The position numbers were made by a program, and so were the translations under genes. 64,000 nt of DNA, from assembly GCA_040357565.1 (NCBI GenBank), contig JBDODJ010000020.1; one strand, 5' to 3'. Each line of letters begins with the position of its first letter. The stretch's first letter is position 1. A model generated the notes under the pieces. The model saw only the letters and a program-made list of their open reading frames with translations, was not told the origin of the DNA and did not search any database. This document shows positions 42,861 to 54,199 of this stretch, piece after piece. Source of the DNA: Cercozoa sp. M6MM (taxonomy: Eukaryota > Protista > Endomyxa: Ascetosporea).

Positions 42861-43624
42861 TGTATGTATGTATGCATGCACAATACTGAACTGATCAGAT
42901 CTCTGGGTGACCGGACCCAACGAACAGGAGGTGCGTCTCACCACTGCTGTCGTGCCTGGTACACATTTCCTGCACAATGGACCGGTCGTATGGACTGCCC
43001 GATTGTACAGAGGACAGTCTGGCCGGGCAACAGTGGCAAACTGTGCTGCAGCCCTTCCTCGCACGCGAGCGTACTTGTTGTTTGTTGTCGTGTGTTTGTT
43101 GATGCTGAACGCATCCGCGCGGACAGACGAATCGGTCGAGAGCAAAGAAAGCGCCGACCCGCACCTCGACCTGCATGTAGTGTGTGTGTGTTTGTTTTTG
43201 TGTTGTGGGTACCCTCCCCCTTGTGTTGCACAGAGTGTGATTGTGGAAGTCTGCTTCGACGGCAGTCACTGGCGCCCGCTGCTCGCGCGTACGGACAAAA
43301 AGATGCCGAACTTTGTCGCTGTGGCCACGGACACTCTGGTAGACCGCTGTGGCTATGCCACCTGTCGCCCTTGTCTAGGAGATTGTTCCCTTCTGTTTTC
43401 CCAGATGGTGGCGGCGCAAAACCTCGCCGTGGACGAAGTCGTGCGTGCTGCCAAGGTGAGTCTCTCTGCGCTGACTAGAGAGTGTGGACAGATCAGCAGT
43501 ACCATGTCGAGTGTATGTACAGATGGGACTGACGCAGTGGAGCGTCAAGGAGCGAAGTCGCTGCGCTGGTGCCGAGGTCGCCGATCATCCCGACGATATC
43601 GCTGCTCGCGCTGTTCCTGTTTGA
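39752..43624 (+). CDS. mRNA capping enzyme guanylyltransferase with long N-terminal extension
   Basis: LPG|PQPGVLARDNL, YYVTEKSDG (motif I, KxDG), TLLDGEL (III), FLVYDA (IIIa), NDGLVFT (IV), VKYKP (V), IVEVCF...W...RTDKKMPN (VI/OB fold). PolyQ stretch at about 40197-40222. Confidence 0.85.
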
Positions 43625-43856
43625 GCTCCCGTAGTGCTAGCGTACGTAGTGCAGACGTGGCAAGTCGTTTCTGCCTGATACTGTACGGTTTTACTCGCGT
43701 CAACTATCTTTTCACGCCAGTTTCAGAGTTGCCCGAGCGTATCTTCAAAACTGCTGGCCAAACTGGCTCCATCCTGAACAGACTACGTCTACTGACTAAC
43801 GCTCTCTTTTTGCACTGCCAAGGCCTAAATCACTAAAGGCTATGTATGTATCCCTA

Positions 43857-45814
43857 TCAGGCAGCGTGCGCGAGCGCGAGCATGCTCTCGAGCATGAGGG
43901 CACTCTCGCCGAGCAGGTCGTGCGTCATAGTGCCGGCTAGTACAGTGTCGGGCCGTGCCACCAGTGTGAGTCGGCACAGCTGCGGCGACTGCGACACAGG
44001 CTGCACGAAGAGGGCGCCGGCCAGAGTGACGCACCGGTTGGACGGCGCGTGGTGCGGCAGTTCCACCGAGTGCCACACGATCGAGCCGCCTTGTTCTTCC
44101 TGTCCTTCTTGTACCTGTGCCTGTCCATTTGGTCCATTTGGTCCACCTGGTCCATCTGGTCCAACTGATCCCTGTCCAGGCAGCCGCAGAGTCGACACGA
44201 CAAGCACGTCCAGCTCGTTCTCAAAGTTGTCCAGTTTGTAGTGCAGCAGCACACTGCGCTGCGACAGCTTGCGTACCAGCTCGACCTGCTTGGGGTAGGG
44301 GGTAGGGGCAGGGGGTAGGTAGGGGTAGGTAGGGGTAGGTAGGGGTAGGTAGGGGGTAGGGGGTATAGGAAGGTCTACCTGACAGATCTTGGAGATGTGA
44401 GTCAAGGCACGCGAACTCGCCGCCAGCGACAACACACGACTCGCCGAACGACATGGCGTTGTGCATTGTACCCTAGGGAGGGGGTAAGAGAGACTAAGGG
44501 ACAGGGGGGGGGGTAAATACCTGATCGAGAAGTAAGGTCGCCGTTGGTCCGGTGGCAAGTAGTGCAACGACGCGTCTGACATCTGCAGTTCCTATGGGTG
44601 GGTAAGGGGTAGGGGTAGGGGGGTAGGGGTAGGGGGGTAGGGGTAGGGGGTAAGGGTAAGGGGTAGGGTAAGGGTAGGGGTAGGGTAGGGGGCAGAGGGG
44701 TAGAGGGTAAGGCGGATACCTCCAGTGCCTGCAGCGGCAGCGGCACCGAGGTGAAGTCGCCGTTCCTCAATTCGGCCAACTCGCGCGCCTCCTTATGCGC
44801 CTGTCGCTCCAGCGTGCCTAGTCTACCGGGGGGGGGTAAAGAGAGGGTAAAATGGGGGTAAAATGGGGGTGAAATGGGGTAAAATGGGGGTAAAATGGGG
44901 GGTAAAATGGGGGTAAAATGGGGGTAAAATGGGGGGGGGGGGTACAATATCTCTAAATAAATAAATGAATAAACAAATATATATAGAAATAAATAAATAA
45001 ATGAATGTATGAATGAATGAATTAATATATATATATATATGGAAAACATACATCTAAATAAATAAATAAATAGATATAATAATATATAATAAAAGTCGGG
45101 GTAAAATGGGGTTAAAATGTGGGCAAAATGGGGTTAAAATGTGGGCAAAATAGAGGGAAATTGGCGGGATAAAATGGGGGTAAGATGGGGGGGGGGGGTA
45201 AAGAGGGGGTATAAACGCAGAGTACGACACATCGCGCGTCTCGCTGAGCACGCGTCGCAGCGAGGGTTCGTCGCCCCTGTCGTCAGCCACGTGCAGCCGC
45301 AGCACCGGCGCTCGCACTGCACTCGCCGACGCCGGCGACGAACTGCGCGCCTCTGCACCGCATTCATTCAAGATATACCCCTACATCTACATATAAATAC
45401 CAAGAAATAAATAAATCAATCAATCAATCAATCAATCAATATATAGATATGAAAACATCTATCTATATAAAAAGAATAAAAAATATATATACAAATATAC
45501 ATCTCTATAAGTAAATAAATAAATAAATAAACAAATATATAAATATATATCTATAAAAATAAATAAATGAATGTATGAATGAATTAATTAATATATACAT
45601 GGAAAACATACATCTAAATAAAGAAATAAACAAATATAATAATACATAATAAAATAAATAAGTAACAAATAAACAAACAAATAAATAAACAAATAAACAA
45701 ATAAACAAACAAATAAATAAATAAATAAACAAACAAACAAATAAACAAACAAATAAATAAATAAAACAAATAAATAAACAAACAAATAAATAAACAAACA
45801 AATAAATAAGCAAA

Positions 45815-45869
<55 letters not shown>

Positions 45870-46725
45870 ACAGGGGGGGGGTACGGTCGACGAGTCCCTC
45901 ATGTTGGCGCACGCGCGACCAGTGCAGGAAGCGCTGCGCAGCCCACTGGTCGGGCACGATGTCGGCCAGGCCGCGCAGGTCGTGGCGATGGCGTCGCAGC
46001 AGTGCAGTCACGCGGAAGGCCGGCACGCGGTTGCCGCGGTCGCTGAGGATGTGCAGTCCGAGTCGCAGCTGTCTCAGCTGGCTCTGCGACAGCTGCAGCA
46101 GCACCTTGCGAAAGGCGCCGGCTTCCTTGTTGCGCTCGATGTCCAGCAGTCGCTCCAGCAGTCGCAGTGCCATCAGCGAGGCCGTCTTGCTGCGACCCAA
46201 GGCGCCACACACTTGCACCAGGCCTGGTAGCGCTTCCTCTGGGGGAGGGGATGGGGTACAAGGTAGGGGGTAATGGGTAGGGGTAATGGGGTACAAGGTA
46301 GGGGCTAACAGGGTACAAGGTAGACACACCAACATCGCCATCCTCGCCAATGAGCAGCAGTTTCACAAAGCGATCGCTGAGTCGCGGCTTGGCTTCAAAG
46401 TACCAGTCGGCAAACTGCTTCATCGCCTTGCACTAAGGGGCAAAGGAGGTAAGGGGCAAAGGGGTAAGGGGTAAGGGGTAAGGGGGGTAGAGGGGGTAGA
46501 GGGGTAAGGGGGATAGAGGGGGTAAGGGGGTAAAGGGAGGTACAAACCTTGGAGTTGCCCTGCAGTGCAGTCAGCAGATTGACCACTTTGACTTCCGAGG
46601 CATGTCGCGCACTCACGCGTTTCGCCTGCACAAAAAACATGTTGGTTTGGTCAAACTTAAGAAAGCTCATAAGGTACCACCAGGCCTACTGCACCTGACG
46701 ATACTGTAGCGACCTGTCCTTCCTC

Positions 46726-46767
<42 letters not shown>

Positions 46768-47589
46768 TATATATATATATAATAAAATATATATTATATT
46801 ATATATACATATATATATATAATAAAATATATATTATATTATATATACATATATATAATAAAATCTATAGTATACTGGATATATATACAGGTATCTACAG
46901 GTACAGATACTAGTAAAGCACCCTCATCAGTCTCTCCAGTGGCTACAGCGGCCGGCAACTGTTTCCGCAGCGCCGCCGGCACCGACAAAAAATCGATCAA
47001 CGCCGCGTTGGAACGCAGTGCACGCAGGCGACTAACGGGGGGGGGGGGGTAAAGTGGTTGAAGGGAGAGCGGGAGTAAAACACGGGAACACGGGGGACGA
47101 AAAGAGTATAAGGAAGGTTGAAAGCACCACAACTTGACGAGATACTCGTGCAGCTTTTTGGAGCGCGTTTCCACGAAATCCGGCGACAGATGGCCACGCA
47201 GTTTCTTGGGCGGAATCGCCGGCAAGCCTGCACGACTCGGCAGGTCCTACAGGCAGCACCAATCAGTTCAAACATGGCTACAAACAGGATCAAAACGCAC
47301 CTTGGCCAGCGTCTGGTGCAGCTGGTAGAAATCCGAGTAACGCTTGAAGAAACGCCACGTGTCACCGCCTCGCCATCCGGCCTCGATTTCGTACATCTAG
47401 ATCCATACAGAGCCACTTCAACTGAGAGAAAATTACACAGCTTTAATGTACAACAAAAGGACGGCTCGTGTGCTTGAGAATCATGCGATTGCAGGCGGTG
47501 AATTTCACCTATTCGGCATCACAATTATTGCCCTCCACAAAATCACATAAGGATCTCGATTGCACCTGCAGATTTTCTAGTTTAAGCAT
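43857..47589 (-). CDS. PX-domain protein with C-terminal START-like lipid-transfer domain
   Basis: PX: FV|MYEIEAG...WRFFKRYSDFYQLHQTL...LPAIPPKK...DFVETRSKKLHEYL...LIDFL. START-like: VELVRKLSQRSVLLHY...SIVWHSVELPHHAP...GALFVQPVSQSPQLCRLTLV. Confidence 0.7.
44290..45870. repeat. Intronic low-complexity arrays: GnTAG/GnTAA tracts, (TAAAATGGGGG)n and (AAAT/AAAC)n
   Basis: G-tracts at 44292-44365, 44597-44710, 44828-44942 and 45098-45210. AAAY arrays at about 45640-45871. Confidence 0.9.
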
Positions 47590-47749
47590 AGTGGACGGTT
47601 GTAATAATCATACGCACTGCTCCACACACAATTAGGACACCTGACTAAGGCGGCAGTTTTTCAAGAAACAACATTAAAGAAACCTGCTGTTTACACTTCG
47701 TATCGTGCGGACGCTGCAGCGACTCGATCAGACTGAAATCTGTGCAGCT

Positions 47750-48519
47750 ATGTCAGAAACGTCGCTTGTACGAGCAAATGAGAGGATACGAGATCTCGAG
47801 CGGCAGTTACGTGAGGTGGACTTGTTTTGGGTGCTAGCAGTCGCCAGTGACAATGGCTCTTTGTGATGCAGGCGCACAAGCAGTACGAAGAGTTGGCCGA
47901 AGACTACAGAATTCGCGGGCAGCTTCTGCTGAGAGCGCGAGAGCGACTGGGTCGTCCTGCTGCGAAACGTCGGTGTCTCGGTGGGAGAGAATTGTCACCA
48001 GCCAGGCCAGCAGAGGCTGAGCAGAAGGGGGAACACAAGGAGAGACCAGAGGAAGAGACAGAAGTTCCTGTCACCTTCTCGCTCGAGTTCGAGTTCGACA
48101 GCAGCGACCGCGAGAGCGATGGCGACACGAGACACACGACTGACCCGAGGCGACACGAGACACCCTCGGTGGTCGAGATCAGTGACAGCGACAGTGACTC
48201 CTGCGAGCAGTCAAAGCCTTCCGCGCGGAAACAGTCGAAAACTCCCGTACGGAAGCAGACAAGACCGGCAGCAAGCGTCCGCGCGGATGCTGACGCCTCG
48301 GCGGCCTGTAGGATCTGCACGCGGCTGCGGCAGCTCGGTGTCGACCCGAGCGACGTCTGCAAGGTCTGCAATCGCCGCCGCAAACGCGCCGCTCGCTACG
48401 CGCTCGAGCAGGCCGCTCAGGACGCTTCGGCGGACACTGCGTTGGCTACGCCGAGGAGAAACGCTCCGCAGACACTCCGACACGCTGCCACACCCAGTCA
48501 CTACTGGTCTATCGACTAG
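47750..48519 (+). CDS. Sae2/CtIP/COM1-like DNA end-resection factor (2 exons)
   Basis: N-terminal coiled coil; CRIC (CxxC), CNRRR at the usual RHR position, and terminal TPSHYWSID matching the TPxxFW C-terminal motif. Confidence 0.5.
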
Positions 48520-48649
48520 CCTCTGCTCTAATTACTGTCTTTTAACACCAATAAAGTGCATTACATTTCGCAACGTCAATTTACTCGTACCTCATTTTTG
48601 TTCCAGGAGCCAAGGAGTACCGGTTTTACTGCACCGTCTGCCTAAAAAC

Positions 48650-49995
48650 ATGAACGAGCACATCATGATCCGTGACTCAGAGTCAGTCTGTAGCATCAGA
48701 GAAGGATCACAACGTACTTTGCCTTTCATCGCCCTCTTGCCACGTTTTACACCTATCGCTGGAGGAGGCGTGGCGGACAGGTCACGTGGCACCCTCGGTG
48801 CTGCCTGTTCCCTCGTAAGATTCCAACTTATATCAAAAAAGAAAGGTCCTGCGGCTAATTCTGCCTCGATCGAACGGCAGTTCTCACCTAGATTTCGGTA
48901 CAGTGTCCTGAGGCGAATAGACCTGCTCGCGTGTCGACTTTGTCATGTCGCTGCTCGCATGCGGACACGAATCGCTTCAGTGAGAGGCGTTCCGTACGTG
49001 GGTTTTGAGTTGCACCAAAATGTCGTTTAGTATCGGCGGCAACTTACGACTGTCCTGGACGAAATGCGCCAGAACAACGTGATGGGCGTACGTTTTGGAC
49101 CTTGCTTGTGTAAATTTACTTTGTTGTCTGTTGGCCACTTTGCAGTCCATGGTCAACAGATTTGATGGTGCGGCTACTTGCCTCTCGAAGTATGTTCTTT
49201 TCCTTTGGATTCGCTGTTTTTAAGGTATGTTTTCATTCGTCCCTTCCGACACAGAGAAACACAGGAGAAACACCTGGAGCCCCGAGAGCCGCCATCAAGA
49301 AGCCGAATTAGCAGATGGTAGACTTCCTGCGCCAGCAGCCGCAGCTGCTAACATCTCTGGTGCGGGAACTGCTACTCAAGTTGCCGCAGCTAGTCAGTTT
49401 TAGTTTACTCGTCGACACAATTTAAAACAAAATTGATCGAGTTTGATCACAACCCGTCGCGAAACATCACCACCCTCTGGTCTGGGCAACTCCCGCACGT
49501 GACTTTTCACATGCTACAATGGTCAAGTACATTGCCTTGCTCTACCCTTGCTCCCTACCCTTTTCCTCCCTGTGTTGTGGTACAGGTGCCATCGGCGGCA
49601 CAGGAACTCTGTCTTGATGACGACCGACTCTTCATTTCATCTGGGGGCAACTTTATCATTATCTCTCATTCATAGCGTGAGTCAGCGCAGCTTCTGCACC
49701 GCCCTGAATGCACGCGCAGCAGAAAGTCGATGACGGAGGTACTCGAAGATTTGACGCTGTTTCGCTTGCGTCATCCGATACCGATAATGGGTTGGATTCA
49801 GGATCAATGAGTCTTGACAAATACGACAAGACGCTTTTCGTCGAGGCTTCGCACCGACTGTGGCTGGTGTTGACAAGGGTCTCGATTGTCGGGCGCAATG
49901 CTGTCACCTCCGCGCGGAAGGCAGCTCGGCTCACTGGGTTTCATGCTGGCCGTGGTGTGCCTGCTGGCCGTGTATGTTGTTTTACCCACACGCCA
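48650..49995 (+). CDS. Unresolved exons, either a separate hypothetical gene or the 5' part of the downstream glycosyltransferase-like gene
   Basis: AG/GT-bounded blocks such as YRRQLTTVLDEMRQNNVMG and DFLRQQPQLLTSLVRELLLKLPQL. Confidence 0.3.
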
Positions 49996-50241
49996 AGGAG
50001 TTTTAAGTGACCTGACTCCGTTCCAAGGTGAAATAAAACAAGACAGTTCATATGGCTGAGTGAGTTTACTTTTGTAAGTTTTAGATCATGGTCAGCCGAG
50101 ACGGAGTGCGACACAGTTGGATGATACAGTTAAGAAACAGAAAGCCACTGTGCGCTATGTGTCCTCTATTGCGCCCGATGCTTTTGAGGTAGATTTATTG
50201 TTCCCTGTTTACCCCTGTTTAGCCATGTTCCATCCCCCAGA

Positions 50242-51527
50242 GCGAATTCAAAGACGTGATGGAGGCCGTGAGTGTGACGCCGTCGCTCTGCATTGACGAG
50301 GTCTGGACGGGCTTGCGCTCGCTGCGCAAGCTCGACGATGTTCGTATTCACGCGGACCACACGTCGCGCGTAGCTCCCCCCCCCCCCCCCGTGTACCCCC
50401 TACCACTTTACCCCCCCCCCCCCCCCNNNNNNNNNNNNNNNNNNNNNNNNNNNNNNNNNNNNNNNNNNNNNNNNNNNNNNNNNNNNNNNNNNNNNNNNNN
50501 NNNNNNNNNNNNNNNNNNNNNNNNNNCACAGTCCATTTGGACACACAATGGGGACCATCTGGACAGAATGTGGGTCCACTTGTACCAGATGCGACTCGCG
50601 GAACCAGTCGACGCAGCGTTGGGAACATGTCGGTACTGCGGGGGGGGGGGGGGGGAACAAGGGGGGTAAAGGTTGTGTGTATGGGGGGGCGGGAGGGTTA
50701 AACCTCCTGGTGAGAGGCAACTCTCGCGCAGCTAGATCGCGGTCAAAATGAGTCACTTCGACTCGCGTCGCATTCGCAAACACCATGGTGTCGTTCACCT
50801 AGACGTGCCTACTTATCTCCATACACTCCCCTGTACCCGCTGTAGTACCAGCACAATGTCCTGTCTCTGCAAGAGCTCTTCGATAGCGCTGTCGTCGGCA
50901 TCTGGGGGGGGGGGGGGGTAGAGGATAAGGGAAGCCAGAGAAGCGGTAAAAAGAGGGGTAAAGGTACACAAGAGGCCGGGCACACCGGCCAGTTTGAGCG
51001 ACTCGGCCCACCGAACGGTACCTTGCAGAAACACCAGCAACTCCTTCGGCGAGGACTACATTATACTCCCCTTTTACCTCCCCCCCCCCAAAACCCCCCT
51101 AGCACGATCTGCTGCACGTCAATGATCTGCGTAGTTCCATCCCATGTTTACCTCTTCCCCTTCCTGTTGTATCTCCCTGTTTAGTCCCTTTATCCCCCTG
51201 TTGTGTAGGCTACGCAGTGGTCGCACAAGCGACGAGGAAAGACGGTTTTTTGGAGAAACGCGGATACCGCTATGCGATGCTCATGGATGCTGGTGGGGGG
51301 CCCCCCCCCCCCCGTTACCTTTTATTTACCCCCTGCCCCTTGCAGCGGACGCGCGGCTGAGCAGCAACCCGTTCATAGCGATTCGCGCGGCCGAGAGGAG
51401 TCTGTCGGTGCTGCCGCTGTTCGTGGGCTACGAGGCCAATGCCGACATCACGGGTCAGTGGATGGAAGAGCGTTTCAGTGGTTTTACCCCCCTTGTTTAC
51501 CCCCAGATTGGGCGCGCCGGTCACCCG

Positions 51528-51559
<32 letters not shown>

Positions 51560-52168
51560 ACTTTACCCTCCCTCAGAGTGTTTCCCAACACGCAAGCGGC
51601 CAAGCTGGATGTCGAGTCCGCGCGGACAGCTGGCGCTGTACAACGCCGGCGTCGTCGGCGGCAGTGTCGGCTCCATGCATGCCTTCGCAGAGGCAGTGAC
51701 TGAGTTCTTCCCGTGCGTGTTGAGTCAGTTCGGTGACAGTGACACACGGCGCAGCCAGCTGCGACTGTAATTTTACCCCTCCCCCATCTGAGCCCCCATC
51801 CCACCTCCATCCTACCTACCCCATCTTAGCTCCCTCACCCCCCTAGAGAGCCTACGCGTTCCTGCGACATGATAGCCGCCAACGTGCTGGTGAGCTCGAT
51901 TCGAAAGTCGCCGACACTTGCTTTCGACGTCACTGACGGCGCTCTCGGTGGTACACTATGGACTGCTCACGTTTTCTTTTTTAAATTAGGGAGTGCTGGG
52001 TCATTTTAGTCGAGTCGTCCGACAAGAATGACTGCGCCGTGTATGCAGGCTCGCCGTTCGTGTCGCGCTTTAGGTACGCCGATCGCTGTGGGGCCATTGT
52101 GTTCCACAAGTGACTCGTCTCTGTAACATTTGCCTACTTCTGCCGGCACACTAATTCTTCCTATGCAT

Positions 52169-52215
<47 letters not shown>

Positions 52216-52315
52216 NNNNNNNNNNNNNNNNNNNNNNNNNNNNNNNNNNNNNNNNNNNNNNNNNNNNNNNNNNNNNNNNNNNNNNNNNNNNNNNNNNNNN
52301 NNNNNNNNNNNNNNN

Positions 52316-52369
<54 letters not shown>

Positions 52370-52590
52370 GTGCACAGTGTGTCCAGTTTTAGTACCGAAA
52401 AACCCCGCCACACCGGCATCGACTCTTCTGACGTGACGCACGAAGACCTCACCTGTTGCCTACTGTCCGTCAACCACAGAGTGGGTCAAGCGGTCGACAC
52501 AGGACGCCAGCAAGACCGTCAACACCAACATAAGATAGCAGGTTTTATTAGAGGCATAGTGCCTAAGTTACTATCAGTGTTGGAACGATA
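50242..52590 (+). CDS. GT-A glycosyltransferase-like protein; internal exons at 50704-51055 lie on the opposite strand in this assembly; ends uncertain
   Basis: HVNDLR|YAVV...YRYAMLMDA|ADARLSSNPF...LFVGYE...QWMEERFS|EC...LYNAGVVGG...SCDMIAANVLV. Confidence 0.5.
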
Positions 52591-52791
52591 AAATAAGCGC
52601 GATCGGCCTGCTGACCGTGATACATCCATGTAAAATAACACTCCCCAAATTGACGTGCCAGAGTGCCCGGCCGACACTGCACCGTACTGTCTCACAGCAA
52701 CGGCTCGATGAAGAATCAACTGTTGGCGATACACAAGCTGCTGGTAAGCGAGCAATGATCGAGTCGATGGCCGACACAGCGTATGCGGTCG

Positions 52792-53937
52792 TCAGGGCTG
52801 CTTGAACTTGCGCGTGAAGTAGCCGCGCAGTCGCAGCAGTCGGTGCAGCGTTTGTCTGTAGTGTCGCTGGCACATGTCGCGCGTCGTGTGCCGCAGACGG
52901 CGCCAGTGAACGCACGTGCCAAGCACAAAGGCCAGGCAGGAGAAGGCGCCGATGGCGACGGTGTTGAGACAGAGCGTGAGTGCCGGTGAGGAAGACAGGT
53001 CGCTGTCGGTGCTACTGTCGTGATTGTAGCCAGCAGCTGAGACTAGTGAGTGCAGCAGCAGCACGAGCGACAGCAGCAGCACGAGACTGCCGCACTGCCA
53101 GGACAGCGACGAGCGTGTGCCGAGCGACAGCACACTCAGTGTCAGCAGCAGGCTCGGCACCACAGGCGATACGGCCGACACCACCAGCGGCAGCACGGCC
53201 TCGCCTTCGAACGCATCGGCTGCCTTGTCGCCTTGCCGACCGCCCAGCAGACCGCAGTCGCCTGTGCTTCCACAAACACACTCATGCAAAGGTAGATACT
53301 AATACATGCACACTACACTGGTGTCAGAAGGAAGACAGGAACGTACCGACACGACGCAGCAGTGCGCGTGTCTGCGACAGGTCCACCAGCACTCGCGTCT
53401 AACGTATATATAGTGTATATATATATGTATATATGTATATATACAATGTGTGTATATAATGTATATATACAGTGTGTGTATAATATGTATATATACAGTG
53501 TAATATACATATTGTAAACATATATAGTGTATACACATATATACATATATATAGTGTATATGTGTACATATAGTATGTATACATCGATATAGTGCATATA
53601 TAGTATGTATATATAAGGACGTATATAAGGACGGAGACACCTCGGCCTCGTGCAGCAGTCGTTGGACCAGTGCGTCTGGCCAGAGAAACAGCACCGTCGC
53701 CAGCAGTACCTGCAGTGGAACCCAGTACCACAAGGTAGTACCACAGACAGTCTTGTCTGGCTAGATTGCAATACATAGGCAACGGCGACAAAGACACGCG
53801 TCAACAAAATCGCGTGTTTCTGCGGCAGTTTGTCCGGCACCGTTTCGTCTCGCCTCTGTCCAGAGAAAGCACTTAACCCCCCTCCTCCCTCTTCTCTCTG
53901 ACAAACGTACCCTCGGGGCTGCCGGTGATGGCGTCAT
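52792..53937 (-). CDS. Hypothetical multipass membrane protein
   Basis: Several hydrophobic segments (WYWVPLQVLLATVLFLW; VVPSLLLTLSVLSL; SLVLLLSLVLLL; VAIGAFSCLAFVLG). Long (TA/TG)-rich intron at 53400-53640. Confidence 0.5.
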
Positions 53938-54199
53938 TTTCGCCGGCACATGTCGAATCAGTGGCTACACATTACATACACATGGCTATACAGATACGCT
54001 CGCGTCCATATGTACCGTGCGAGGTGTGATCGGTGGACTCATTGGCTATGAAAGTCCCCTTTAATTAAAATACTGAGAGGTCCAAAAGTTAGATCGTACC
54101 GATTTCGGAGTGCCCGGCAGCCACTGTCGCAGTGTCGATACAGTCTTTTTTACCTGTAGCCACATGCTCAGAAATAAAGACTCGTTTGCTTAAGGAAGC

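Larger units (their letters stand above)
11248..51626. repeat. Dispersed, highly iterated 10-bp palindrome TCCGCGCGGA (19 exact copies)
   Basis: Exact copies start at 11248, 12814, 12833, 13278, 13471, 13578, 13809, 13974, 25103, 25842, 32652, 38968, 40266, 40416, 43114, 48220, 48278, 49909, 51617. Confidence 0.92.

Noticed and set aside
44597-44942. True telomere or interstitial canonical telomeric array
   Set aside because: Units are irregular (GnTAG, GnTAAAAT), confined to introns and do not match a fixed known telomere repeat. Kept only as an intron-motif finding.
45505-45902. Long 'transmembrane' ORFs (FIYL repeats), and HT/CV/YI repeat ORFs elsewhere
   Set aside because: These are translations of intronic microsatellites.
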